Origin: Octopus vulgaris
Lineage: Eukaryota
Length of the DNA stretch: 124,000 bases
NCBI GenBank assembly: GCA_951406725.2
Contig: OX597815.1
Location: forward strand, 35,484,001-35,608,000
Direction: 5' to 3'
Shown one piece after another: positions 60,357 to 73,000 of this stretch; position 1 is the stretch's first letter; every line of letters starts with the position of its first letter. The position numbers and the translations under genes were made by a program. Below the pieces are notes generated by a model. That model saw only the letters and a program-made list of their open reading frames with translations, did not search any database and was not told the origin of the DNA.

Positions 60357-61614
60357 AGAAATGTTATGTGAATGGACAATGAGTGTAAAAATTTCTATGT
60401 ACTGTCAATGGTAGTTACTCAGGCAAAAAGTAACCTAGTAAGACAGGATAAATGTGTGAAATTCAGATCTAAGAATAAGGGACGGGGACTAATGATCGTG
60501 ATATGCATCATATATATTGTGTAACAAACTTACCAACCAATGCCAGGATGGAAAAAAAAAAATGAATGAATTACCATCAAAATTACAATAAATTGTTCCT
60601 ATCTTAAGCCTGTACTATGTTGACATCCACTTGGAACAAATTCATTTCACTTCTGTCCCTAATATATATGAGAAAAATGTCACAGTATCAGAACACTATA
60701 TTCTTTCTCTGTAGGTTTAAGCTTTAGTGGTTAACTAAGAAACTAGAGAAGGGATGGCAAATGTCATTGTGTAGACAATTTACATACAATGTGAAGTTAA
60801 TACTCTTAGTTAAGAGAGAAACAGAACACAGAAGTTGTGGATGTTCTAAAGTGGAAGACAGGTATAAAATAATAGAGCAAATAATAAAACAGGTTAAGAA
60901 TACAGAGAAATGGGTATACCGATACAAGTGTACAGCTCTTTGAGTTTGCTTCCTCGTAACTTTAAAAAAAAATGTTTTCTTTGTTTGTTTTTTAAGAATA
61001 GCAAAAGTTATAATCATAATCTGAAACTGTCTTCTTATTTTTTTTATAATCATAATATCCTAGCAATAATATCAAATTAACAATCTGTGAGGGTTAAAAT
61101 TACGAAAATGTATATTGATGACAGGTTGGATACAAATTTTGAATCTATATGAAATTTTAACCTTGGTAAAAAGGGATTTGTTGCGAACTCTTAAAAAATT
61201 TCTAAGCATCCTTTTTATCGTTGGGTAAGATTTTATCGAAAAATCTCAATACTGACTAGTAATAAAAATTTCGGTGTCGAGAGTGTAGATTCTTTGCACC
61301 TGAAAAAGAGTCTTCGAATCAGCATACCGTTTTACTGAAATTGAACGATATCAATTCTACAGGAGAAATAATAACATACACATGATGCATGTAGTTTGAG
61401 TAAAAAAATTTTAATCCAACTACAAGGAATAGTGGAGATGAAATATAAAACTAGATATAATACAGTAATACAATAGTAACTCTGTCAGCATAAGGAATAT
61501 AAGCTCTTATCAACAAAAAGGGCAACAGAATTACTCAGAAACAAACAGTTCACCCGAAGACTAAAATGTCCTTCGATCATTTCTGAAGAACAGCTTATAG
61601 TTAACTTCAGATTT

Positions 61615-62184
61615 TTAGAATCCTTTAGATAAAAGGAACTTACATACGTCATCACAATAATCTCCTCTCACCCTTATAAAACTTGATACTTCATGGACTT
61701 GGGTATATATGTCTTTTGTACTTCTCTCTTGCAAATATGTCCTTAAATCTGACTCGAGTTTCCAGATATTCCCATCGATTTTACAAATTTTGGTGAGGAT
61801 GCGAGACCCGTGGAACTTTACTTCCAGATATAAAGGCAACATATGATTTTTGGTTCGTTTCACGAAATAAGGATGTTTTGAGCCATTCTCATTAGGCGGT
61901 ATCCATCCTGATGGTGTTGGAACCCCTGTTACCGATTCGGCTGGTGGTGGAGGGACAATCTCCTTCGGCAAAAGCCTCTCAACGTATTTAAAATCTTCTT
62001 TACACACTTTATATCCTGGATATTCAGGAGGCGCTTCTGGAAGTTTTTCTGGACACACTAAGTTTAAATTTCCGGCATTGAAAGTTGGTACAGGCGACAA
62101 GAAGGATCTTTGAAAAGATTTAGTCCCATTCGAAAGTAAAAACCTCGGACGAAGACTTGAAAATGTGCGACCTAGAGTCGCCAT
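61615..62184 (-). CDS. MRPL49: mitochondrial ribosomal protein mL49, single coding exon, 189 aa
   Basis: FKYVERLLP...PTPSGWIPP...HPYFVKRTKNHMLPLY...KIDGNIWKLESDL...QVHEV...FLLSKGF*; intact ORF with presequence. Confidence 0.95.
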   Translation of the reverse strand: MATLGRTFSSLRPRFLLSNGTKSFQRSFLSPVPTFNAGNLNLVCPEKLPEAPPEYPGYKVCKEDFKYVERLLPKEIVPPPPAESVTGVPTPSGWIPPNENGSKHPYFVKRTKNHMLPLYLEVKFHGSRILTKICKIDGNIWKLESDLRTYLQERSTKDIYTQVHEVSSFIRVRGDYCDDVCKFLLSKGF

Positions 62185-62235
62185 GTTGGTCGATCTAAAA
62201 ATGAGAATTACCTCCCCTTGGTTAAGGGAGATATC
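62177..62235 (-). promoter_or_regulatory. TISU/YY1-like start context plus an inverted CCCTT-motif pair at MRPL49
   Basis: Minus strand CAACATGGCGAC (TISU consensus SAASATGGCGGC, 1 mismatch); aattacctcccctt at 62206-62219 and aagggagatatc at 62224-62235. Confidence 0.45.
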
Positions 62236-62785
62236 ATTTTAGCACAGATGCATATGTGGTATTGGATTCATATAAGCTTTAAACCTATATCGTATTAACA
62301 AAACATCTATACACACACAGTGACTCTAAACGACACGGCGGAGGAGTAATGTCAAGAAATCTGGAATAAATGTCTCAAATTATATTGGCCAAAAAATATT
62401 TGTAACTTTTTTATATGTAAGAACTTATGTCAACTGATCAAACCGGCTTGATGAGACTATACTGTATTAATGATGTCTTATAGATTGTATCATGTCTTTA
62501 TGTGACCCTTGCCGACAAAAGAGATTAATTTCTAAAAATTATTTCCCTTCCCTTTGTCATTTGCTAACAAATGATGCCGCATTTTTGTAATATTTCTAGT
62601 ACGAAGAAAGAAAATGCTATTAATTTAGAAATTGTTTTGCAAATAGAATTCAGTACATTTCCCCGTAACCTATCTAAATTCATGCCATTGGTCCATTACA
62701 GTTATTTCTCATATTTGTGCTGTTGTTATTTTCTGTTGGTTTCTTACTATACAAATTGCATTGGTCAAACATAAATACCTGCTTT

Positions 62786-63194
62786 GGATCTTTTCGGTTT
62801 GAACGGCAGTTTTTAACATAATTTCTAGGTAACTAAAAAATTTTAAACTTCGTATACTGGTAGAATGTGTTTATAAAACATCTTTTTCTCTTGGCTTTAT
62901 TGAGAAAATTCTATAGTCTGTAAGATATTTGTTGGTTTTTTTCTTCAATTTCTGCAATTTCAACCAACCAATGACGTCTATTGAGGTGAAAACAGTCTGT
63001 GCCGTATGAATATGTCCCTCGTTTAAGAAACAGATTGGATTTATTTACATTTGTGAAGAAAAAAAGATATCCTTCCCCCACCCCTAACCCTAAAACAGAT
63101 TGAAATGCAATAGATCGATACTAGGGTCATAATTATGGGTGACAATTTCATATGACACCGCTAGAAAAAATGGCTGTTCAAACCGAAAAGATCC
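62786..63194. mobile_element. MITE with about 25-bp TIRs (ggatcttttcggtttgaac / gttcaaaccgaaaagatcc)
   Basis: TIRs read directly; partial relatives at about 115965-116150 and 117205-117530. Confidence 0.8.
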
Positions 63195-65633
63195 CGTTTT
63201 TTTCTGTGTCTAACAATTAATGTCAACTGATCGTGCATTCTTGCAGAAACTGTATTATACTAGTGGGGTTTAATAGACTTAAACATATCTACAGTTGCCC
63301 CTTGCCTGCAAACAAAGACTAAATGTTCTCCTAAACATATACATGCTGCGTGTAATTAAAGAATGAGACCGTTACGATAATTAGAGATTTATCTTTTACA
63401 TTTCTTATATAATATGCCTGACCGTGTGGCTAAAGAGTTCCGTTTTGCATTTACGCGACTTTGTGTTCGATCTCACTGCGCGGCTTCAAGTTGACCAAAG
63501 CCTTGTGAGGATAATTGGGTTCAAAGCCTATCCGAAGAACCGTTCTTGTTCTTGATTGGTAGACTTAATCCAGCATCTCTTATAAAACCACTACCTTTAG
63601 CAAAGTGTCTCTACTTTGTTGTAGGCATTCCATTTATCTTCTCCCACTAATAACAAATGCTCTTAAAAGAGACCTAAGTGTTTCTATTCCGCCTCAAGAA
63701 AAGGTAACAGTCTGTCCTAATCGAAACTCAGCAGGACTACAAACAAGACCTATCAAAAGAACGGATGAACCTAGTGTAAGTTCAACGACTATATAGTAAT
63801 AACACGGGTCTTCAGGAATTCCGGGTAGGCGCCCGGAGTACTGGAAGCCCACTGGGTGTGAAGCACATCTCAGTTTTTGTTAAAGCATGTCTCAAGGAGA
63901 AGGTCAATCTGATAAAAGAAAAAACAGATATATGGAGAATGGCATTGAACATTTGGGAATCTTTTACTTGCACTTAAGATCATGGTGATCCAACATTCCT
64001 GAGCCTGTGACCCATATTATAATATCTTGTCCTAGCTTGTCTCTGATGTGACAATTACCGGCAAGGTGACTTTCCGATGCCCGATCGAGTAGGACGGTGC
64101 TGCGGCGAGCATATAACCGAAGGCGCGAACCCGGGTGAATTATTCCCCACAGAAAGATTATGACCATGTAAGAAAATCTTTTTTTAAGAGATGAAAAAGC
64201 TCCAAAAATTCGAGTCACTCGAATAGAGGATAAGCCGAAGGCCCCGGAGCTTTAATTGTAACACCAGTGTGATAACGAATCCATAGTTAAAGGACACGTG
64301 ACATAGCGAGGGTTTCCAGCTCCCAGGTCACGGCAAGTATTGCTGGGGGGTCGCGTAACTATTTTTATCATATTTATTATTATTATTATTATCATTATTA
64401 TTATTATTATTATTATTACTATTATGTTTTATTACGTTTTATTTGGAAATGTTGCGCCTTAGGAAATCGCCCCTGTGACTCCGCCACTGATAAGTAATAT
64501 CCATTTGGAGTAAATATTAATTCCTCTTGTGTGTATAACCAGAAAGTTGTTGAATCACACTGACTCCATGCTGAACTGTGACATGAAGATTAAAGGGAAT
64601 TTGGAATACATTTTTCTCTTGGATGTATTAAGGGAAAAGTTATCCCCTGAGATATTTTAAACCCAATAATTAGCGTATTGTGATGCAGTTTTATTCAGAG
64701 AACTCTCCACCATCATATTTTCCAGAAACTATGCAGTAAATAATAATTTTTATTTCCTTCTATGAATAAAACCCCCTTACAATAGTATATTCTACTGTTT
64801 AAAACGTGGCCTATTTAAAAGATGCCATCAAGATTATACAAGTAGCGTAACTGCAATGTTGGGAAGAAGAGTTATCTCCCTTAAACTATTATTTGTTTTC
64901 TCGTTTTGTCAATTTTATGCTATTTTAAAATAGTTTTTTTTTTAAAATTATTATTATTGCGATGAAGTATTAGTAAAGTGCCGAACTGGTAGAATCGTTA
65001 TTGCGCCGGACAGAATGACTAGAAGCATCTCTTCCGGCTTTTTACATTCTGAGTTTGAATTCCGCCGAGCTCGAGTCGACTTAACTTTTCATCCATTTTT
65101 GTTGAATTTATCGATTTTCTTCGAATTAATCGACTTCCTTCACTTAAAATTCGGCCGTTGTACCAAAATTTGGCCGTATGCCAATATCTGAAACCATTAT
65201 TATAGAATATTTGCTATTTCAAAATTTAAAGCAGTTCGCTTCAACATATATTTTCATCTTTATTCTATTGTTGATAGACAAAATCTCATCAAAGTCAACT
65301 TTGCTTTCTTTTCATCTTCCCACAGATTTAACGAAATAGTACCAATATGTAATAAGATCACACCAGTTAATTATATCACACTTACAAAACATGAACCGCT
65401 GGATTAATGTTTGTAGTGGGTAGTATAGATCATTGAATCTACCTCACTACATTACTTCGAGATTTCATTATTTTGAATAACATTGAACGGTATGAGACTG
65501 CTGTTCGGTTTCAGTCTCCAGTTGTGCCAATTATAATTCATTTGAATCATTAATGCTTTTGAGAAAAGAAGGAATGGATGTATAGAGGTTACAAATTTCC
65601 AAGTTTCCTTCACTAAAAATATTTCTACTTATA

Positions 65634-66451
65634 CGAGGTCTGATCAATAAGTATCCGGACGGTTGCCATAGTAACAAAGCTAAAACATGCAGAGTGAAGC
65701 CGCTTGGCAAAGATTGACCTAGAACTCTGTTGTGCACGCGCTGTAAGTTTTAACGTTCTAGTTCACTTCCGCTCTTACAACAGTGCTTGGAAGGAACGTG
65801 TGTAGAGTGTGATCGTCGCATTGATCGTGACAGAGAAAGTTGTCATGGCGATACCTGCTCAGAGGCCTACTCAAAGTTTCAGAAAGTGTATGGAGAAGAG
65901 TTTGTGAGCCGCTCATATGTGTACAAGATGTTTCCAAGATGGCCGAAAAAATGTCGATATTGACGAACATTCAGTGAGACCCGCAACCAGCAGAACTGAG
66001 AAAAACATCGCAGATGTGCATGCAGCTGTGAGGGGAAATCGTCAAATCAACATAACCTGAGTTATCAGAGGATGTGCAGATTACAGTTCATTTCAGTCCA
66101 TTATCACTGAAGACTTGGGTATGATACGCATATCTGCCAAGTTTGTGCCAAAACTGCTTTCAGCTGACCAAAAGCACACTCGGATATCAGTTGCACATGA
66201 TCTCCTTGATTGTGTCAAGAACGATGAAAACTTTTTAAAAACTTTGCGTAGGCCTCTGAGCAGGTATCACCAAGCTTTTGACAGAATTTGACGCAGATTC
66301 TCTGCTCAACTTTCTCTGTCATGGTCAATGCGGCGATCGAGCAGAGTTCAATCTGCAGAGTTCAAAGTCAATCTGTACCAAGCGGCTTCAACGCGAGTGC
66401 TTTAGCTTCGTTACTATGGCAACAGTCCGGATACTTATTGATCAGACCATG
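65634..66451 (+). mobile_element. internally deleted mariner element with long inverted termini, TA-flanked
   Basis: TA|cgaggtctgatcaataagtatccggac ... gtccggatacttattgatcagaccatg|TA; inverted similarity extends about 200-250 bp; transposase N-terminal remnant (RP..SRTEKNIADVHAAVRGNRQI). Confidence 0.9.
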
Positions 66452-67024
66452 TATACACGAAACAGTGACTTTATAGGGAAGAGGCTCGACTTACCCACTC
66501 TTTGCTTTCGGGTTAGAGTAAGATGCTGAGTGTTGTACGCTACCGCTGAGCGATTCGTTTGTATGTCACGCGTCGTAAATGCTGTAGTAGATATGGGAAG
66601 TGGTGGGGGGTATTATTGTATTTGTGACTGAATGAAATAAAGCACTGAAATATCAGAGTATGTCGGTAACTAACGTTTTCAACCTATGACTTTTGAGACG
66701 TTGGAGGACGGAAGGTACTGGACCGACGGCAAAATTTTGACTTCGCTAGCGTCCAGTCAATCTGAATTATTAGATGATGTTAATGAAGTTAACTGGCTGT
66801 TCCAGTGCAATTTTGCCGTGAGTATTTTGGACTGTCTCAAAACCTTTTAGAATGTAACACCAGTTTTCCCTTGGCGCGATATATAATTGAGGGAATTAGC
66901 TGACCTCTATTCCAATATATATCTACTATACTGTTTCTATCTATTTTCTTTGTTTCCTTTCGTGATATGTTCTTTTCAATGAATATTCATAAATTAAACA
67001 TTTAAGAGAAATTAAATATATATA

Positions 67025-68470
67025 CAGGCATAACTCGGCTTAAGTCGTTTCGATTTAAGTCGTTCTCGATTATAGTCGGTTTTCAAAAATAATATAAGGA
67101 AAAATTAAAATCAAGTAAAGTCATTTTACTCGACTTTACGTCTGTCCGCCACAACTATCGGAATCGTAAAATCACTAGAAAACCGTTAAAAGCACATAAA
67201 ATCATGTTACTGTATAATAAATAAGAATAAAAGCATATAAAATCATATTAAAATACGTACAGTAAAGTTGTGTAGCTTAGTGAACGAAATCATGAAATCA
67301 ACTATGTTGTCTTATTTATCGGTCTTTTGGAGCTCCTATTGCACTTCAGCACCAATATCTGCCGTTAGGCGTCGTTGTCACTCTTGATACCTGCGATTAT
67401 TTTTAATTCAAATTTGTTTACGCCTGTTTATTGGCTACTTTCTCATTCTCATTCATTTGTGACTTTATTTTTTTGCCCCCACGGCTCCTAAAAATTCATA
67501 TTGAAAGTGTTAAGCATTATGCTATAACGCTGGAAGGTAAACTGGCTATGATAAAATGTCATGAAAAAGGTGAAAAAGTGGTAGCAATTGCACAATCTTT
67601 TGGGATGAGTCGGATAACTCTATCGATGATTCTACATAATGAGGACAAGATTTCAGCACATATCAAATCTGAAGCCCAGGGATGAAAAACATTGTCATCA
67701 ATAAGAAAAGGAGCAAAATTTTTGAAGAAATGGAAAGTCTTCTTTCTCTTTGGAGTCTTAGGTTGAATCGTCAGTGTGCTATTATTAGTCATGAAAACAT
67801 TAGTCAAATCATTCTTGACTGTTAGTCAAGAAAAGGTTGTCTTTGTTTGAGGACCTGAAGAGAAAATATCTAGACGATAAAGATGTAGAGTTCAAGGCAA
67901 GTCAATGAGGGTTCATGAGATTTAAGGAGCGAAGTTATCACTCCATTAAGAAGCAAGGTGAAAGTACATCAGCTGACGAACAAGCAGCAGCGGAATATCC
68001 TAATGCATTAAAGAAAATCATCGAAAAAAAAACGGGTTTCTTCCCGAACAGATTTTTAACGGAAACGAAACTAGATTGTATTGGAAAAAAAACTGCCTGA
68101 CCGTTCATTTATTTCCTAGGTGGAGAAAAGTATTCCAGGCAACAAGGTCTCAAAAGAACGTGTGACCATTATGTTGGGAGGTAATTGTGTAGGAGATTTT
68201 AGGTTAAAGCCATTGCTTGTGTATCATGCACACAACCCCCGTTCCCTGATGAACATACCCAAGGCATCTCTCCTTGTTATATCGATGGCTAATTCTAAGG
68301 CATGGGTTACTGTTGTCGCTTTTGAAGCAGAGAAATACTGTAAAGAGAAGGGGATTCCTTTTAAGGTTTTACATATCTTGGATAATGCTCCATATCTTAG
68401 ATAATGCAACCAATGGATTAGGGAATAATTGCTATCTAAGCAACCAATGGATTAGGGAATAATTGCTATC
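67025..68470 (+). mobile_element. Tigger/pogo-like transposon, decayed and 3'-truncated
   Basis: TA|caggcataactcg TIR; HTH-psq peptide ITLEGKLAMIKCHEKGEKVVAIAQSFG; DDE_1 peptides KVSKERVTIML...KPLLVY and VLHILDNAP. Confidence 0.9.
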
Positions 68471-68719
68471 TAAGCTGCAACTGGTCTTTATAAGTCCATA
68501 ACACTTCGTGATATTTGGCCTAATGGGCCAAAACGGTCTAACCTGAAATCTTTTGCCCCAGTGCTGGGGCAAAACGGACCATCACTTTATACACTAAATT
68601 TCACATTTGTCACCCCTATTAACCCGTGAACAGTTAGATTTTGCTATAACGCACATTTTCCACTGAATTCAACCAGAGTATCTTCGTGACTAGGTGGAAA
68701 CTAGTTTGATAGTTAAGCT

Positions 68720-68847
68720 CTGATTGGCTGTATGCAAATGAGTTCATAACTGGGGTCCGGAACTCTCGTGGGGAAAAAATTCGCTGGCCGGGGACAAATA
68801 TTACAGGGCTCAATGCATTGATTTTCACGGGCGCCTATAAGATGGCC
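68720..68847 (+). promoter_or_regulatory. CCAAT + octamer + YY1-like cluster about 1.1-1.2 kb upstream of the PYROXD2 ATG
   Basis: ctgattggct at 68720-68729, atgcaaat at 68732-68739, aagatggcc at 68839-68847; may instead belong to a TE. Confidence 0.3.
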
Positions 68848-69936
68848 TTGTATGAACACCCCATTATCCGATCTTTCTTTTGTAAATATAATATTTTATA
68901 TTTACAGATTGTAAGTTACTCTTTGTTTTTCAGAGCGTGGAGAAGAGAGTTTTATTGTAGCTTATATCGTACCTTTTATCTAGACACAGTGTCAAATAAA
69001 TATTTATTGGCGGTTGTAGTATTCATACTTTCATCAAGGACGTAGTTCTTTAGATAAGGCACAGCATCAGATAAATAAATAAGAAAAGTTGTAGTTTATA
69101 TACATTTAGCAAGGACATGCATAGTATAGGTAAAGTGAGTTTCTATTTAACGAAAGCTAGCTGATGTAGTGATTAAGTCGATTATATCGATCCCAGTGAT
69201 TAACTGGTACTTATTTAATCAACCCCGAAAGGATGAAAGGCAATGTCGACCTCGGCGGAATTTGAACTCAGAGCGTAACGGCAGACGAAATACCGGTAGG
69301 CATTTCGCCCGGCGTGCTAACGTTTCTGCCAGCTCTCCGCCTGTTGCTAAACACAACACCCAACTGCTATAAGGCTGGGTCACTAAGTTGTTATGTCCTG
69401 TATCAGGACCGCTTCTTTGCACGCTGTTAATAAATATTGATTTCAAACAGTGGTACACTGATACAAATTGATTGGGTGAATAGTCAATCATATTAATCTC
69501 AGTATTTTGACTGATACCCTTAAAAGGATGGAATGCAAAATTTATGTTGGTGGAATCATAAATCTGTACGTAAAGAGAACTAAAGAACGTATGTCGTTTT
69601 AACCCCGCCACTTTACTGATTCTACCAAACCGCAGCTGCTTGTTAAATATTAGAAGACAATACTGATACCGGGACAAGTAGGTTACACAGCAGCAGCAGC
69701 AATTGAAATTTGATACACGTTAAACATCACTAGAATACATGTATGTCATTAAATTAAAGCTAAACATAATCTTACAAAAAAAAAAAACTGAACTTCGTTT
69801 CGAATAACTTGCGATTTCTCTAATTATTCAGATAAGAATTAAGCTCTTGACATAAATTTATTACCTGACTGGTCTTTGCTGTTAGCACAACGATAACTAC
69901 CTAATAACTTCTCATCAGCAAAAAAGTGTTGAAGCA

Positions 69937-70087
69937 ATGATGTTTAACCCCAGATTTTTGTCTTTTTCTTGGACCAGAATTAATTACCAAGTTTTTGCTC
70001 AGCACAAACTCTTCAAAAACCCTACAAGATATTACTGTAAACCCAAAGCACTGCAACTTAAATATGATGCTGTTATTATTGGAGCAG
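69937..70087 (+). CDS. PYROXD2: PYROXD2 exon 1 (coding part)
   Basis: [20 protein letters not shown]...[10 protein letters not shown]; weak donor GTTTTC. Confidence 0.85.
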
Positions 70088-73000
70088 GTTTTCTTCGTCT
70101 TTTCTGATTTAAATTTTTTAAATTATTCTGTGTGCTTTGTTTCTTCGATTTTAAATGTCAATATTATTTTAAAGAAGATATTTTGTTAATCGCTTATAGG
70201 TTAAAGCCCTTCACTTGTATTCCATTAGTAAGGGAAATGCATCAATATTACAATATTACAAGGGTTCAGAGGGAAGGGCCTTCGTCGATTCTATTGACTC
70301 CAATACTTCACTGGTACTTTATTTCGTCGACTTTGCCTTTCATCCTTTCGGGGTCGATAAATTAAGTACCAGTTGCGCACTGGGGTCGCTGTAATCGACT
70401 TAATCCGTTTGTCTGTCCTTGTTTGTCCACTCTATGTTTAGCCCCTTGTGGGTAGTACAGAAATAGGTACTTTATTTCATCGATCTCTAAAGGGTGAAAA
70501 GCAAAGTTAATCTCCCCGATGCCAACTCTGCTTTTCATCCTTTGGGGGGGGGGTCGATAAAATAAAGTGCAAGTGCAGTACTGGAGTCAATGGAATCGAT
70601 TAAGGCCTTCCTCTTATTATAATTCTATGGCTGCGAGCTGGCGGAATCGGTAGCACACTGAGCAAAATGCACGTTAGACTTAACCTTTCTGCACGTTCGA
70701 CTTAACCTTTCATCCTTTCGGGGTCGATAAATTAAGTACCAGTGAAACACTGGAGTTAATGTAATCGACTACTTACCTCCCTCAAAAATGTCAGTCCTTG
70801 TACTTTTAATAAAAAGAATTACTATTGCTATTATTAAGGCAGCGAGCAGGCAGAATCGTTAGCGCGCAGGGCAAAAATACCTAGCAGTACAGTAATAGTT
70901 CACTTTACAAGGACCCGCTTTACGAGATCCTGGATTTACGAGTTTTATTTTTCAAGCACAAGCTCTTTTCTTTTTTTTTTTTGAACAAAGTGCAGAAGTT
71001 TCTACTACCATAACAAATGCTTCTGCATATTACTAAGAAATTTATAGAGAGTGTTTTTTTTTTTTACGAGTGTGTAACGTTTAGGTTTTAATTAGTATAG
71101 TTACCAATCGTAACGGGTAAGATTGATTAGGTACACAATAATATGAAATGTCGGAGTCAGCAGTTGTAACGATAATAAGAAGAGTGGTCTCGGTGCGCGC
71201 ACTCGCGTACTCGCGCATCCGCGCTAGCTAGTCGTGGCTAGTCGATCCTACAACGACTACCCAGCAAAGTAAATAAAACAGAAAATAAATAATTTTTTTA
71301 ACACAAAGTAAATAATTTTTTTAACACAAAGTAAATAATTTTTTTTTTCTAAACAACGTAAATAATTTTTGTTAACAAATTAAATAGATATAACACACTA
71401 CCCGTTTTTGGTACCCCCATTATACTCTTAAAACGTCGTTTTATGTTTTAATAACTTTCAACCGAATTTGTATGAACATTTGTTATCGGATCGACAAAAT
71501 TTTCGCAAGGGTTCATACCAGCATCAGTTGTCATGCGATGTTGGCGGGGAGGAACAAGCACAGACACACAAACATATACACACACATGTATATATATATA
71601 TACATATATACGATGGCCTTCTTTCAGTTTCCGTCTACTAAATCCACTCACAAGGCTTTGGTCGGCCCGATGCTATAGTAGAAGACACTTACTGAAGGTG
71701 CCATGCACTGAGACTGAACCCAGAACCATGTGGTTCGTAAGCAAGCTACTTACTACACAGCCACTCCTATGCCTATGGAAAACTAGCAACAACAATAATA
71801 ATAATTTCTTTCTAATTTTGGCACAAGGCCAGTAATTTTGAGTGGTTGGGGTAATTGATTACATTAGCCGTAGTGCTCAACTAGTACTTATTTTATTAAC
71901 CCTGAAAGCAATAAAGGCAAAGTCGACCTTGGTGAGATTTGAACTCAGAACATGAAGATGGGCAAAATGCTGCTAGGTAACAGTTTAGCCTTATGAGTGG
72001 ATTTGGTAGATGGAAACTGAAAGAAGCCCATCGTATATATGTATATATATATATATGTATGTGTGTGTATATGCTTGTGTGTCTGTGTTTGTCCCCCCCC
72101 CCCCCCCCCAACATCACATGACACTGATGTTGGTATGTTTACATCCCTGTAACTTAGTAGTTCGGCAAAAGAGACCGATAGAATAAGTACTAGGCTTACA
72201 AAGAATAAGTCCTGGGGTCGATTTACTAGACTAAAGACGGTGCTCCAGCATGGCCACAGTCACATGACTGAAACAAGTAAAAGAGTAAAGAGTAAGAGTA
72301 TTGAATGCAAGGAAATTTCTGAAGTATGTTTCACAATAGATTATTTTAAACCCCTCTTCATTTTAGTTACTTATTCTGTGATTCATTTGTGTTAATTATT
72401 CTATGACTTTCATTCTCTTTGTTATTCTTTGATTCATCTTCCTCTCTCTTTCTGTGTTTCAGGACACAATGGATTGATCACTGTAAGTTGAAGTTCAATT
72501 TTTTTGCTTTACAATGTTTTAATTCTCTCCTGATTAATTTAGATTAGATCTCTCATTCACCCTGTCTTTTTTCTTCCTCTAGTCTCTCTTCTCCTTTTTC
72601 TCTCAGGGATGTGAGAGTAGGGGCAGAAAAAAGAATGATTTTGATACCAAGAAGATGGAAGAATGCAAAGATGTGGTCAAATGCAATGACACCTTCAATG
72701 CTTAAGCATATGGTCCACCTCAATACAATCTACTCTCTCACCCTCATTTTGAATCCAACAGTCTGATGGGAAAGACTTGATTGTTTCAATAATCTGATTC
72801 AAGTAACTCTACATTGATCTTTATTCAATGGCTCATCCCATTATTTCTGGGAGGTGATAGCAGTTATGGAGATAATGATTTTTTTTTGGGGTGGGGTTGT
72901 TATTTAGTCTTAAGTCAGCCATGATCTAGAAAAGCTTAATTCCAAAACTGTTTCAACTACAGTTAACATACTTCCATTTTAAGATAGTGGGAAGATTTGG

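Noticed and set aside
61550-61590. SECIS-like hairpin (AUGA...stem...GA) in the MRPL49 3' UTR
   Set aside because: Helix too short, no AA loop motif, and no in-frame UGA in the ORF
63964-64218. 84-aa minus-strand ORF
   Set aside because: Starts at a non-ATG codon; no recognisable domain
64214-64335. RNase MRP-like P4 pairing (gaaggcccc / ggggtc)
   Set aside because: Conserved CR-I and CR-V nucleotides and spacing do not fit
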